Part shown: positions 53,258 to 62,438 of the stretch, in pieces
Position numbering within the stretch: the stretch's first letter is position 1
Layout: each line of letters opens with the position of its first letter
Assembly (NCBI GenBank): GCA_035644475.1
Contig: DASQOL010000057.1
Location: forward strand, 1,042-65,041
Reading direction: 5' to 3'
DNA length: 64,000 bases
Source of the DNA: Gammaproteobacteria bacterium
Lineage (GTDB): Bacteria > Pseudomonadota > Gammaproteobacteria > Steroidobacterales > Rariloculaceae
Program-made: the position numbers and the translations under genes
The notes under the pieces: model-generated
What the model was told of the DNA's origin: nothing
The model's input: only the letters and a program-made list of their open reading frames with translations
Database searches by the model: none

Positions 53258-54832
53258 TCAGCTCGCCGGCGGCCCGTCGGGCTTGGCGAGATCGCAGCCC
53301 GCTTGCTTGGCGCAGAGCTCGCCGAGCAGGTCCGCCGTGCTCCGGTAGACCTCGATCGTTTGCCCGCGACCGTGGCCGCCGGCCTTGCCGAGCGCGGCGT
53401 CGACCGGCGTGAGGCCGCGCGCGTCGGCCGTGTCGATCGCGGCGCCGTGCTCCACGAGAAATTTCACGACGTCGTTCCAGCCCCAGAACGCCGCGCCGAA
53501 GAGCGCCGTCGCACCCCGCGCGTTGGCGGCGCCGCGGTCGGCGGTGGTGCGCTGGTTGACCTTCGCGCCCGCGTCTATGAGCACTCGCAGCGCTTCGATC
53601 GATTTCTGCTGGACGTCGGGCGTCGTGTAGTGCGGGATGCCGGGGCCGTAGCCGCGCGGATCGCATTCCACCGAGCCGTACCCCGCCGCCGCCATCAGCG
53701 GCGCGATGCCCGCAATGTTCGGCAAGTCGAGCCGCGCGCCGTGCGCGATCAGAAGCTGCATCGCCGGCGCGTCGAAGGTCTTCGCCGCGCGCAGCAGCGG
53801 CGTGGCGCCGGTCGTGAGCATGGTGTCGCAACCCCGGTCGTCGCCGATGTGCCGATACGGCGGCACTCCGAGCTTGAGCTGGGCGTTGGGATTGGCGCCT
53901 TTGTCGAGCAGCAAGCGGACGACGTCGAGGCTCGTGGTCGTATCGGTCGACATCCGGTCCGGCCGGCCGCCGTGGGGCAGCGTGTTCAGATCCACGGCGG
54001 AGTAGAGCGGCGTGCGCCCCCACCAGTCCCACTTGTTTACGTTCGCGCCGCGCTCGATCAGATACTTCGCGAGGTCGAAGTGGAAGTTGTCCACGGCAAG
54101 GAACAGCGGCGTCACGTTCTTGGGATCGGCGAGATCGATGCTCGCGCCGCCCTCCACGAGAGCGCGCGCGCACTCGACGCAGCCCTCGCGCGCGGCGTAG
54201 AGCAGCGCCGTGAGGCCGCCCATCGGCCGATACATCCGGCGCGGCTCGCCGGTGACCTGGCGCGGCCAGTTGTTCTCCACGGAGCGCGCGTCGACCTCGG
54301 CGCCGCGCTCCACGAGCAGGCGCACCATCTCGGGCTGGACTTGCGCCGCGGCCCACATGAGCGCCGTCTGTTGTCGCCAGCGCTCGCGCGCGTTCGGATT
54401 CGCGCCGCGATCGAGCAGCAGGCGGGCGGCCGCGACGTTGCTGCTGCGCGCGACGATCATGAGCGCCGTTTCGCCGTCGGCGCCCGGTGACTCGACGTTG
54501 GCCCCCGCGTCGAGCAGCCGCTCGATGACGCCGGCGTCGCCCACGGTCGCGGCCTCGCCCATCGGCGTGGCGCCGAACTCGTTTGCGACGGTCGCGTCCG
54601 CGCCCTTCGCGAGCAGGCGGTCGATCAAGGTTGCGTCGCCGTAGTGGACGGCGTAGTGCAGCGCGGTCGTGCCGTCCGGCATGGCGTCGCGCACGTCCGC
54701 GCCCTCGTCGAGCGCCGCGAGCGCGCGCGCCGTGTCGTTCGCTTTCGCGGCCGCGAGCAGGGCGCTCTGCGCGTGCACGTTCGCGAACGCGAGCAGCGCG
54801 AGAGCCGCCGTGAAGCGCCGCAGCATCGTCAA
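53258..54832 (-). CDS. Periplasmic ankyrin-repeat protein
   Basis: 524 aa with a signal peptide (ALALLAFANVHA). Many ANK repeats are present (G.TALHYAV..G....V..LL..GA). Confidence 0.85.
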   Translation of the reverse strand: MTMLRRFTAALALLAFANVHAQSALLAAAKANDTARALAALDEGADVRDAMPDGTTALHYAVHYGDATLIDRLLAKGADATVANEFGATPMGEAATVGDAGVIERLLDAGANVESPGADGETALMIVARSSNVAAARLLLDRGANPNARERWRQQTALMWAAAQVQPEMVRLLVERGAEVDARSVENNWPRQVTGEPRRMYRPMGGLTALLYAAREGCVECARALVEGGASIDLADPKNVTPLFLAVDNFHFDLAKYLIERGANVNKWDWWGRTPLYSAVDLNTLPHGGRPDRMSTDTTTSLDVVRLLLDKGANPNAQLKLGVPPYRHIGDDRGCDTMLTTGATPLLRAAKTFDAPAMQLLIAHGARLDLPNIAGIAPLMAAAGYGSVECDPRGYGPGIPHYTTPDVQQKSIEALRVLIDAGAKVNQRTTADRGAANARGATALFGAAFWGWNDVVKFLVEHGAAIDTADARGLTPVDAALGKAGGHGRGQTIEVYRSTADLLGELCAKQAGCDLAKPDGPPAS

Positions 54833-56175
54833 ACTTCGGTGAGCTCGCCGAGACTGTCGCCGACTTTGTCCACGGGCGCGCCCGCGCGCAGCAGCAGAGT
54901 GAACAACAGGTTCGCGAGCGGCGTGTGGTCCGGGTAGACCAGGTGCTGGTTGCCCTTGATCTTGCCCGATCCGCGGCCCACCACCAGCGTCGGCAGCGGG
55001 AACTGGTTGTGCGAGTTGCTGTTGCTCATGTTGCTGCCGTACAGGAACACGGCGCTGTCGAGGATCGAGCCGCCGTCGCCGTCCTTGATCTTCTCGAGTT
55101 TCTGCAGGAACTCGGTGAACACCTGCACGTGGTACTTCTGCACCACGACGAGTTTTTCCATCGCCGGCTTGCTCTCGGCGTGATGCGACAGCGGATGGAA
55201 CGCGTCGGGCACGCCGACGTGCGCGTACGACTGGTTGCTCACCTCCGCGGCCATCATGTACGACGCGATCCGCGTGAGGTCGGCCTGAAACGCCGCGACG
55301 ATCAGGTCGAACATGAGGCGCAAGTGCTGATCGAAGCTCGGCATCGCGACCGGAACTTCAGGCAGCGCAATCTTCGAGAGATCGCGCTCGCCGAGCAGCG
55401 ACACGCGCCGCTCGATCTCGCGCACGCTGTCGAGGTAGTCGTCGACGAGCACGCGGTCGTCGGCGCCGAGCGTCTTCTTGAGCGCGGCGGCCTCGCCGTT
55501 CACCATGTCGAGCAGGCTCAGGTAATCGTTCGACACGGCCTTGCGCTGGCTCGCGTCGTTGCCGCGGCCGAACAGCTTCTCGAACGCGCGGCGCGGATCG
55601 AACTCCATCGGCAGCGGCGTGGTCGGCGTGCGGAACGAGATCGTGCGGCCGTAGCTGCAGCCGTAGGTGCCGTCGCACGCGGCGCCGCCGCCTTCTTCCT
55701 CGGTGGCCACCTCGAACGACGGCAGCGGCGTGCTCTGGCCAATGTGCTGCGCGGCCACCTGATCTATCGTGACGCCGCCGAACGGCGCGTGGCTTTGCCG
55801 CGGGTGCACGGCCGACAGCCAAGTGGCGGGCACGATCGCATGCACGGCGGAGCTCTCGCCCGGCTTGTTGCCGAGGCCGCTCACCACCGTGAGGTATTTC
55901 TTGAGCGGCGCGAGCGGCTCCAGGATCGGCTTGAGATCGAAATCGCGGCCCGCGGCGTCGGGCGTCCAGCGATTCATCTCCGCGCCGTGGCGCGTGTTGT
56001 TCATGATCGCGCCGTGCGGCAGATAGAAGAAGCCCATGCGGGTCTTCGGCGCGGCCGCGGTTTGCGCCAGCGCCGTGGCGGCCGGGATCATCGCGTCGAG
56101 CAGCGGGAGGCCGATCGCGGCGCCACCCGCTCGCAGCAGCGTTCGTCTCGACAGATGCTTCTTAGTGATGAACAC
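54829..56175 (-). CDS. DUF1552-like Tat-exported protein
   Basis: 448 aa. Tat signal SRRTLLRAGGAAIGLPLLDAM. Matches the family pattern as I recall it and shows the usual pairing with DUF1592. Confidence 0.8.
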   Translation of the reverse strand: MFITKKHLSRRTLLRAGGAAIGLPLLDAMIPAATALAQTAAAPKTRMGFFYLPHGAIMNNTRHGAEMNRWTPDAAGRDFDLKPILEPLAPLKKYLTVVSGLGNKPGESSAVHAIVPATWLSAVHPRQSHAPFGGVTIDQVAAQHIGQSTPLPSFEVATEEEGGGAACDGTYGCSYGRTISFRTPTTPLPMEFDPRRAFEKLFGRGNDASQRKAVSNDYLSLLDMVNGEAAALKKTLGADDRVLVDDYLDSVREIERRVSLLGERDLSKIALPEVPVAMPSFDQHLRLMFDLIVAAFQADLTRIASYMMAAEVSNQSYAHVGVPDAFHPLSHHAESKPAMEKLVVVQKYHVQVFTEFLQKLEKIKDGDGGSILDSAVFLYGSNMSNSNSHNQFPLPTLVVGRGSGKIKGNQHLVYPDHTPLANLLFTLLLRAGAPVDKVGDSLGELTEV

Positions 56176-56185
56176 GCGAGATTCC

Positions 56186-58615
56186 CTACTGTTTCGCCGC
56201 GGCCACGGTGCCCTCGGGCGCCGGCACCGTTCTCATTCTAAACGCAGCGCTGCCCGCGATGCCCTTCACGAGCGCCGAAAAGCGATACCCGTCGCGTTTC
56301 GCGTCGCGCGCCACGGCCCGCACGACCGGCATATCGTAGTACTCGACGCCGCGTCCGAGCGCGTAGGTCATCAGCTTCTCGGTCACGACCCGCACGAACC
56401 GGTCCGGGTTGCGGAGCAGGGCGGCGCGGAGCTCCGCGGGGCCATTGACCGCGCCGCCGCCCGCGAGCTCGCCGGTGGAGTCGATCTTGGCGCCGTTTTG
56501 GCGCTCCGCCACGCGCCATTCGCCGATCGGGTCGTAGTTCTCGAGCGCCTGGCCGAGCGGGTCGATCACGCCGTGGCACTGGTTGCACGAGGGGCTCGTG
56601 CGGTGCCGTGCGAGCCGTTCGCGCACGGACAGCGCGACGCCGGGCTCCAGGGCCGGCAGGTTCGTCTCGACGCCGGGCGGCGGCGGCGACGGCGGCGCGC
56701 CCACGATCTGCTCCATGATCCACGCACCGCGCAGCACCGGCGAGGTGCGATCCGGATACGACGACACCAGCAACACGCTGCCTTTGCCGAAGAGACCATA
56801 GCGGTGCTCATCCTCGAGCTGCACGCGGCGGAACTGCGCGCCGCGCACGCTCGGAATGCCGTAGTGCCGCGCGAGCCGCTCGTTGACGAACGTGTAGTTC
56901 GCGTCGAGGAGCTCGAGCACGCTCGCGTCGCTGCCGCGGAGCACGCTGTCCAGGAACAGCTGCATCTCCGTGCGAAACGCGTTGCGGAGATCCGCGTCGA
57001 ACGTGGGGAAGAGCCGCGGGTCCGGGTCGAGTGCGTCCAGGCGCCGCACGCCGAGCCACTGGAACGCGAAGTTGGTGACGAGCGACTCCGAGCGCGGGTC
57101 CGCGAGCAAGCGCTCGATCTGCGCCTCGTACACCGCCGGTTCGTGCAGCTTGCCTTGCTCCGCGAGCGCGAGCAGCGCCTCGTCGGGCCCTTCGCTCCAG
57201 AGGAAGAACGCGAGCCGCCACGCGAGCTCGAGGTCGGTGACCGCGTAGGTATCGCCGGGCTTCGAGCCTTGCGGCGCGGCGCCGGGCTCCGCGCGATACA
57301 GGAACTTCGTGCTCGCGAGGATCGCCATCAAGCCCTGCTGCACGCCGGTCTCGAAGCCGCCGGCCGCTCGCCCCCGATCGTAGAACGCGAGCAGCGGCTC
57401 GAGATCGTCGCTGCCCACCGGCCGGCGGAACGCCTGGCGCGCGAGGCTCGCCAAGATCTTCGTCGCGCACGGTCGCTCGTCGCTTTCGTTCTGCGGGCGG
57501 CAGGTGAACACGCGCTGGCGACTCGCGGTGGTGCCGCCGATGCCGCGCGCGCCGTACGGCCCGATGATCACGACGCCGTGCAGCCGCGGCACGTCGGGCA
57601 CGCCCTCGCCCTGGATCAGCGGCTGCAAGAGATAGTCGCCCTCGGCGCGGCTGCGCGCGACGAACGCGGCCGCGACCTCGTGCTCGCCGGCGGTGACATC
57701 GAGCCGGATGTTCCTGAAGCGGCTCTTGATCTCCTCGACCGCGGTGATCTGCCGCTGGTCGAGCGCGAGCGAGTCTTCGGGACCGCCGATCGTGTTCTTG
57801 AACTTAGGTGTGCCGTCGATCGTGAGCACGACCGTGTGTTGATATTCCATCCAGCCGTTCGGATAGCCGCGGAGCTCGTCGCCTTGCTCCGACGACACGT
57901 TCAAGTCGAACTGGTATTGGCCGTCGGAAGGGAAGTAGTGCCGCGCGGCGAGGCCGTCGCGCGTGCCGAGCGGCAGGCCGTCGACGTGCACGGTGTGGTT
58001 GCGTACGTCGGAGCGGTATTCGGCGCGCGCGGGGTCGGGGTCAGCGTTGCCGACGGCGCGAATGCTGATGTCGCGCGCGGCGGCAAGGTACTGGTCGAGA
58101 TGCGTCGGCGACACTCGCAGCACCTCCGCGACGTTGTCGAAACCGTCGCTCGCGAGGTCGGGAGGCAGGATTGCGCGCGCGTCGATCTCCACGCCGAGGA
58201 GATCGCGCACGGCCGTCGCGTATTCGGTGCGGTTCAGGCGATGCAGCGCTTCGCGGCCGGGCGCCGGGCCGCGTCTCGCCGCGTTCTCGTCGAGGGAGGC
58301 TTCGAGCGACGCGACCAGCGCGTCGACGACCTGGGGCTCGGGCCGCGGCTCGCCGGGCGGCGGCATGAGCCGGCCGCCTAGCTTGCGCACCATCTTCTCG
58401 AAGACTTCGGGATGCGCCGTCACGTCGCCGGCCTTCACGTGCTCGAAGGAGTGCCCGCCCGCGAGCTGCGCGTCGTTGTGGCAGTCCGTGCAGTAGCGTT
58501 GGACCACGCCGAGATTAGCTGCGAGCTCCTGCTCCGGCGAGCGCGCGCAGCCGGCGGCCGCGAGCATCGCGGCCGCTGCCAACAAGCTCGAACGTGCGGG
58601 ACCCGAGTGTTTCAC
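56186..58615 (-). CDS. DUF1592/DUF1588/DUF1585-type lipoprotein with two CXXCH heme motifs
   Basis: 809 aa. Lipobox AAGC. CTDCH near the N-terminus and CNQCH near the C-terminus. LHRLNRTEYATAVRDLLG is typical of the DUF1587/1592 family. Confidence 0.8.
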   Translation of the reverse strand: MKHSGPARSSLLAAAAMLAAAGCARSPEQELAANLGVVQRYCTDCHNDAQLAGGHSFEHVKAGDVTAHPEVFEKMVRKLGGRLMPPPGEPRPEPQVVDALVASLEASLDENAARRGPAPGREALHRLNRTEYATAVRDLLGVEIDARAILPPDLASDGFDNVAEVLRVSPTHLDQYLAAARDISIRAVGNADPDPARAEYRSDVRNHTVHVDGLPLGTRDGLAARHYFPSDGQYQFDLNVSSEQGDELRGYPNGWMEYQHTVVLTIDGTPKFKNTIGGPEDSLALDQRQITAVEEIKSRFRNIRLDVTAGEHEVAAAFVARSRAEGDYLLQPLIQGEGVPDVPRLHGVVIIGPYGARGIGGTTASRQRVFTCRPQNESDERPCATKILASLARQAFRRPVGSDDLEPLLAFYDRGRAAGGFETGVQQGLMAILASTKFLYRAEPGAAPQGSKPGDTYAVTDLELAWRLAFFLWSEGPDEALLALAEQGKLHEPAVYEAQIERLLADPRSESLVTNFAFQWLGVRRLDALDPDPRLFPTFDADLRNAFRTEMQLFLDSVLRGSDASVLELLDANYTFVNERLARHYGIPSVRGAQFRRVQLEDEHRYGLFGKGSVLLVSSYPDRTSPVLRGAWIMEQIVGAPPSPPPPGVETNLPALEPGVALSVRERLARHRTSPSCNQCHGVIDPLGQALENYDPIGEWRVAERQNGAKIDSTGELAGGGAVNGPAELRAALLRNPDRFVRVVTEKLMTYALGRGVEYYDMPVVRAVARDAKRDGYRFSALVKGIAGSAAFRMRTVPAPEGTVAAAKQ

Positions 58616-59400
58616 GGAGGTTCCCCTCGAATGGGCTTGTCGGTCTCCTTCGGTAGGGCTTGGAGAAATGCCTGATAGCGGGCCCCCGCTTCTTTCTCGG
58701 CGGGAGATAGATCAGGGTCTCCCGGCGTTACGTCGATTCGTATCGGGATGACGGTGTCACGGCGTATCTCGTAAATCACCGAGTACTTCGGCGTGTACTT
58801 CAAGTGCGTGAGCACGTACTTGCCGCCGAAGGGCACGTCGAAGACTGCATCCACGGAGACGAACGCTTGCTCCGCATTTCCCGATGGATCCATGTCCCAC
58901 GCGGATCTTGAAATGGTGACGGTCATTGGTGGTACACCGAAGCGGGCGAGCTCGGCGCCCGCGCGGTCGTCGCGATAGCCCCCCTTCCAAAAGACGAGAT
59001 CCCTTCCGGCGCGCTCCGGGGTCCCCGGTAGTGGGGACAGCCTGATGGGTTCCATATCGCCGAAGGGAGTGACGGTGATCTCATTGGCGTCGAGCAGGAG
59101 CGCGTCGTTCGCTCTGACGATCCGGTGGCGCGATGCGAAGTACGTTTCTTCTTTGAGGGATGTCGCGTTGTATTCCTCCAAGCGCAGCGCCACAGTTGGG
59201 TCCACCGGGCTCAGTAGCTCCCGGGTCTGCTGCGCCTCCGGCGACGGCGCGGCTACGAGAAGCGAGGCGACAACCATCGTCGCGGTCTTCGCGCCGGCTC
59301 TCTCGATCCGTAAAGCCGTGCAACGCCGGCGGGCGACCCCGCGCGCGCCGCGCCGGTCAGAGGCTATTCGTGAGCCGGCCGGCCCACCACAAGCCTTCAT
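58612..59400 (-). CDS. Hypothetical protein (AT-richer than its neighbours)
   Basis: 262 aa ORF whose stop overlaps the DUF1592 start by 4 nt. The ATG at 59400 has AAGGA upstream but overlaps the MBL gene by 44 nt. An alternative ATG lies at 59277. Confidence 0.55.
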   Translation of the reverse strand: MKACGGPAGSRIASDRRGARGVARRRCTALRIERAGAKTATMVVASLLVAAPSPEAQQTRELLSPVDPTVALRLEEYNATSLKEETYFASRHRIVRANDALLLDANEITVTPFGDMEPIRLSPLPGTPERAGRDLVFWKGGYRDDRAGAELARFGVPPMTVTISRSAWDMDPSGNAEQAFVSVDAVFDVPFGGKYVLTHLKYTPKYSVIYEIRRDTVIPIRIDVTPGDPDLSPAEKEAGARYQAFLQALPKETDKPIRGEPP

Positions 59401-60319
59401 AGGTATTCCTTATAAACAGCGCGCCGTCGGCGCCGTAGCGCGCATCGAAGTCCTTGGTGACGCCGCTCGCGACCATCTCCGCGACGCTCAGACCTTTGCG
59501 CATGAGCCCTTCGACGCGCTCGCGCATGGTGCGCAGCATCTCGTGCTGCGCGGCGAGCTCCGCGCGCGTCTGCGCGGGACCGCCGTGGCCGACGATCAGC
59601 GTGTCGTCGCTCGCGAGCTCGAGCAGCTTCTTGTTTGCATCGATGAGGCCGCCGATCCAGCCGCCGGTCGCGTAATCGATGATCGGATACGACCCGCCGC
59701 CCGCGGCTCCGCCCACCGCGATCACGTTGCGCTCGCGGAAGCGCACGTAGATGTCGCCATCCGTATGCGCCTCGCGCAGGTGGCCATATTCGATGCGCTC
59801 GCCGTCGACTTCGAGCACGAGCGGCTGCGGGTCCGACGAGTAGAAGGTGGCGTTCGGCAGCGCCTCGGGTGCACGGGGCGTGTAGGTCTTGTCCTGCCAG
59901 TCCACGTAGTACTCGGTGCTCATCCAGAGCCGCGTGCTCTCGTGGGCGACGATGCGCGTGCCGCGCTTGCCGAATGCGTCGTTCGCTCCCGTGTGGTCGG
60001 GGTGCCAGTGCGTGTTGAAGAGTGCCGCGAGCGGCGCGCCGGCCGACTGCTCCTCGACGAGCTGCGCGAGCGCGGCGGAGGTCTCGGCCGGCCCGCTGTC
60101 GACGAGCACCGCGCCGCTCGCGGTACGCAGCAGCAGCATGTTGGCCCGCTCGGCGCGGATTTGGATCAGCCCGTCGCGCAGCCTGGTGGTCCGAAGCGGG
60201 GCGGGGCGTTGCGCCGCTGCGCGGCGGAACGGCCCCAGCACGGCGGAGGAGGCCGATAGCCCGGCCGCGCCGAGCGCCAGGCGCAGGAAATCGCGGCGGT
60301 TTCGTGGTCGTGGCTGCAT
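59357..60319 (-). CDS. Tat-exported MBL-fold metallo-hydrolase
   Basis: 320 aa. Tat signal NRRDFLRLALGAAG. Metal-binding motif HWHPDHTG. Confidence 0.85.
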   Translation of the reverse strand: MQPRPRNRRDFLRLALGAAGLSASSAVLGPFRRAAAQRPAPLRTTRLRDGLIQIRAERANMLLLRTASGAVLVDSGPAETSAALAQLVEEQSAGAPLAALFNTHWHPDHTGANDAFGKRGTRIVAHESTRLWMSTEYYVDWQDKTYTPRAPEALPNATFYSSDPQPLVLEVDGERIEYGHLREAHTDGDIYVRFRERNVIAVGGAAGGGSYPIIDYATGGWIGGLIDANKKLLELASDDTLIVGHGGPAQTRAELAAQHEMLRTMRERVEGLMRKGLSVAEMVASGVTKDFDARYGADGALFIRNTYEGLWWAGRLTNSL

Positions 60320-60548
60320 TCGACGGAGGAGCGTAGGCCGGGCGGCGGGCTTAGTCCAGGCGGTGGGACAGGGGGTTGGCGCGGCGCTGCTTCGTGTCGG
60401 TCATCGGAAACTCGTGCCCGGCGTCAGGGTCGCGGTCGGCGTGCTCTCGAATCGAGCAGGGCCAGGGCTCAACGCCGAGAGAATGTTTCCGTCGCTGTGT
60501 GGGACACCGCACAAACGAAGGGAGCAAACCAGCGCTAGCCTTTTTCCT

Positions 60549-60758
60549 ATGGACCGCAAGATAGAGCGAGAGCGGCGCCAGCTCCGTATGGAACTGGCGC
60601 AGGCGTGCACCAACTACGAGAGGGCCGTCGCGGCCGTGCGAACCAATCGGACAACAGCCGCCGCGCTCGCACAGGACGAGGCACGCGACAAGCTCAACAC
60701 GCTGAATCGCCGGATGTCCGACCTAGACTACCAGCTAGAGGCCCTGCCGATCGGCTAG
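60549..60758 (+). CDS. Small coiled-coil hypothetical protein
   Basis: 69 aa starting at an internal ATG of track ORF 59916..60758. The heptad-like sequence is RKIERERRQLRMELAQA...LNTLNRRMSDLDYQLEAL. No clear SD sequence is present. Confidence 0.35.
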   Translation: MDRKIERERRQLRMELAQACTNYERAVAAVRTNRTTAAALAQDEARDKLNTLNRRMSDLDYQLEALPIG

Positions 60759-60939
60759 AAAAGAAGTCTCATTCACCCGCCAAATTCGGCCGCCCCGATT
60801 TCGATCGCGGCGCCCGCGACGGCGCCCGCCACAGCCGCGCATCCGCACACGCGCCGTTTGGGCAAGGGTCTGCGCTACCATATCCGCCGGCCGACCAGCC
60901 CATCACGAGCTGCGGGCCGCGTCTCGAGGGGGGACCACC

Positions 60940-61830
60940 ATGAAGAGCATTCACACAAGCACCATTGCGTCGCTCTGGCTCGTGCTGCTGTCGAGCACCG
61001 TTGCGGCGCCGCCGGCGCTCGCGGCCTGCGATCGCGAATGCCTGCGGGGCACGACCACAGCGTTCCTCTACGCCCTGATGAAGCACGACACGAGCAAGCT
61101 GCCGCTCGCCGCCAACGTGCGTGTCACCGAGGACGCCGTCGAGAAGCCGCTCGACAAAGTGCGTCTCGTCAGAACCGTCACGCGCCTGCGGGGCTACCGC
61201 CAGGACTTCCTCGACGAGCGCGCGGGCATGGCGGGTGCGGACGTGCTCGTGGAAGAGGTTGGTGCGCCGGTGTTGCTGGTCGTGCGCATGAAGGTCGTCA
61301 ACGACAAGATCGCCGAGATCGAGACCGTGGCCACGCGCAGCAGCGCGGAGGGGCTCATCTTCAACATCGACGGCCTCTCCGCGCCCAGCGAGGGAATGAA
61401 CTACGTGCCGCGGCCGGAGCAGCTGTCCTCGCGCGCGGACGCGATCAAGGCGGCCATGCACTATCCGGAAGGCCTCAACGGTGCGAAGACCTTCGCCGAT
61501 GTGAACGCGCCGTTTGCGCCGGACGCCTATCGCCACGAGAACGGGCAGATCATGGCCGGACCGGACTGCAAGTTCGCCCCGGGGTGCGAGAACATCTCCA
61601 CGCAGTCGCTCGACATCTTCAACCGCCTCGGCAAGGTGCAGACACGCGTGATCGGCGTCGACGAGCGCTTGGGGATCGTCTGGCTGCGCATGGCGTGGGG
61701 CGTGAGCGAGAGCGGCGGCGATCAGCTCACGGTGTGGGAGTCGTTCAAGGTCTACGACGGCAAGATCCACGCGGTCGAGGCGTTCATGAAGGTCCTGCCG
61801 ATCGAGCTGCGCAACGGCGGGTGGGAGTAA
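60940..61830 (+). CDS. Secreted hypothetical protein
   Basis: 296 aa. GAGGGGGG lies upstream. Signal peptide LWLVLLSSTVAAPPALA, and the mature N-terminus is ACDRECL. I cannot name a family with confidence. Confidence 0.65.
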   Translation: MKSIHTSTIASLWLVLLSSTVAAPPALAACDRECLRGTTTAFLYALMKHDTSKLPLAANVRVTEDAVEKPLDKVRLVRTVTRLRGYRQDFLDERAGMAGADVLVEEVGAPVLLVVRMKVVNDKIAEIETVATRSSAEGLIFNIDGLSAPSEGMNYVPRPEQLSSRADAIKAAMHYPEGLNGAKTFADVNAPFAPDAYRHENGQIMAGPDCKFAPGCENISTQSLDIFNRLGKVQTRVIGVDERLGIVWLRMAWGVSESGGDQLTVWESFKVYDGKIHAVEAFMKVLPIELRNGGWE

Positions 61831-61965
61831 CGGTCGGCGCGACCTCGTCGCTCAACCGGAACTTCCTTAAGCCTCCCCTTTTCAGAAGAAGACGCAGAAG
61901 ACCGGTCGGCGCGATCTGCAGCTGGCTACACAACGTTTTAGCGCTATACCGCGAAGAGGCGAGCG

Positions 61966-62274
61966 ATGAAGAAGCGAGTGAAATCCCCGCACGGACCACG
62001 GAGCGTGACGCCCGCAGGACGCAGCGTTTTCCGCGAGCTGTTTTCGGAAGCCGCGGCCGAGGAGTTGGAAATCCGTGCGGAATTGCTGCGCGGACTCAAC
62101 CGTTGGCTTTCCGGCAAAGACCTGACCCAGGTTGAGGCAGCCAAGGAGCTGGGGGTCACTCAGGCTCGAATTTCCGATATCAAGAGAGGCAAGATCAACC
62201 AGTTCAGCATGGACCTGCTGGTGCGCTTGGCGGCAAGGGCTGGCCTGCATCCGAGGTTGAAACTGGTGGCCTGA
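61966..62274 (+). CDS. XRE-family HTH protein, HigA-like antitoxin type
   Basis: 102 aa. LTQVEAAKELGVTQARISDIKRGKINQFSMDLLVRL is the typical HTH plus a 'KI..FS.D.L' tail. Confidence 0.75.
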   Translation: MKKRVKSPHGPRSVTPAGRSVFRELFSEAAAEELEIRAELLRGLNRWLSGKDLTQVEAAKELGVTQARISDIKRGKINQFSMDLLVRLAARAGLHPRLKLVA

Positions 62275-62438
62275 GTTGGCCGAGCACTTTCCTGTGTTTC
62301 GCGATCGACACCAGACGCTTTTCCCCCGGCTCCGTCGCCGGGTGTAAGCTCGGCACCCCGGCCCGTCGTAACGGCTAAGCGGCGCGGGGAACTGCTCGGG
62401 GGAGCCGAGCACAGAACTCGGAGGCCGTCGAGCTCGTC

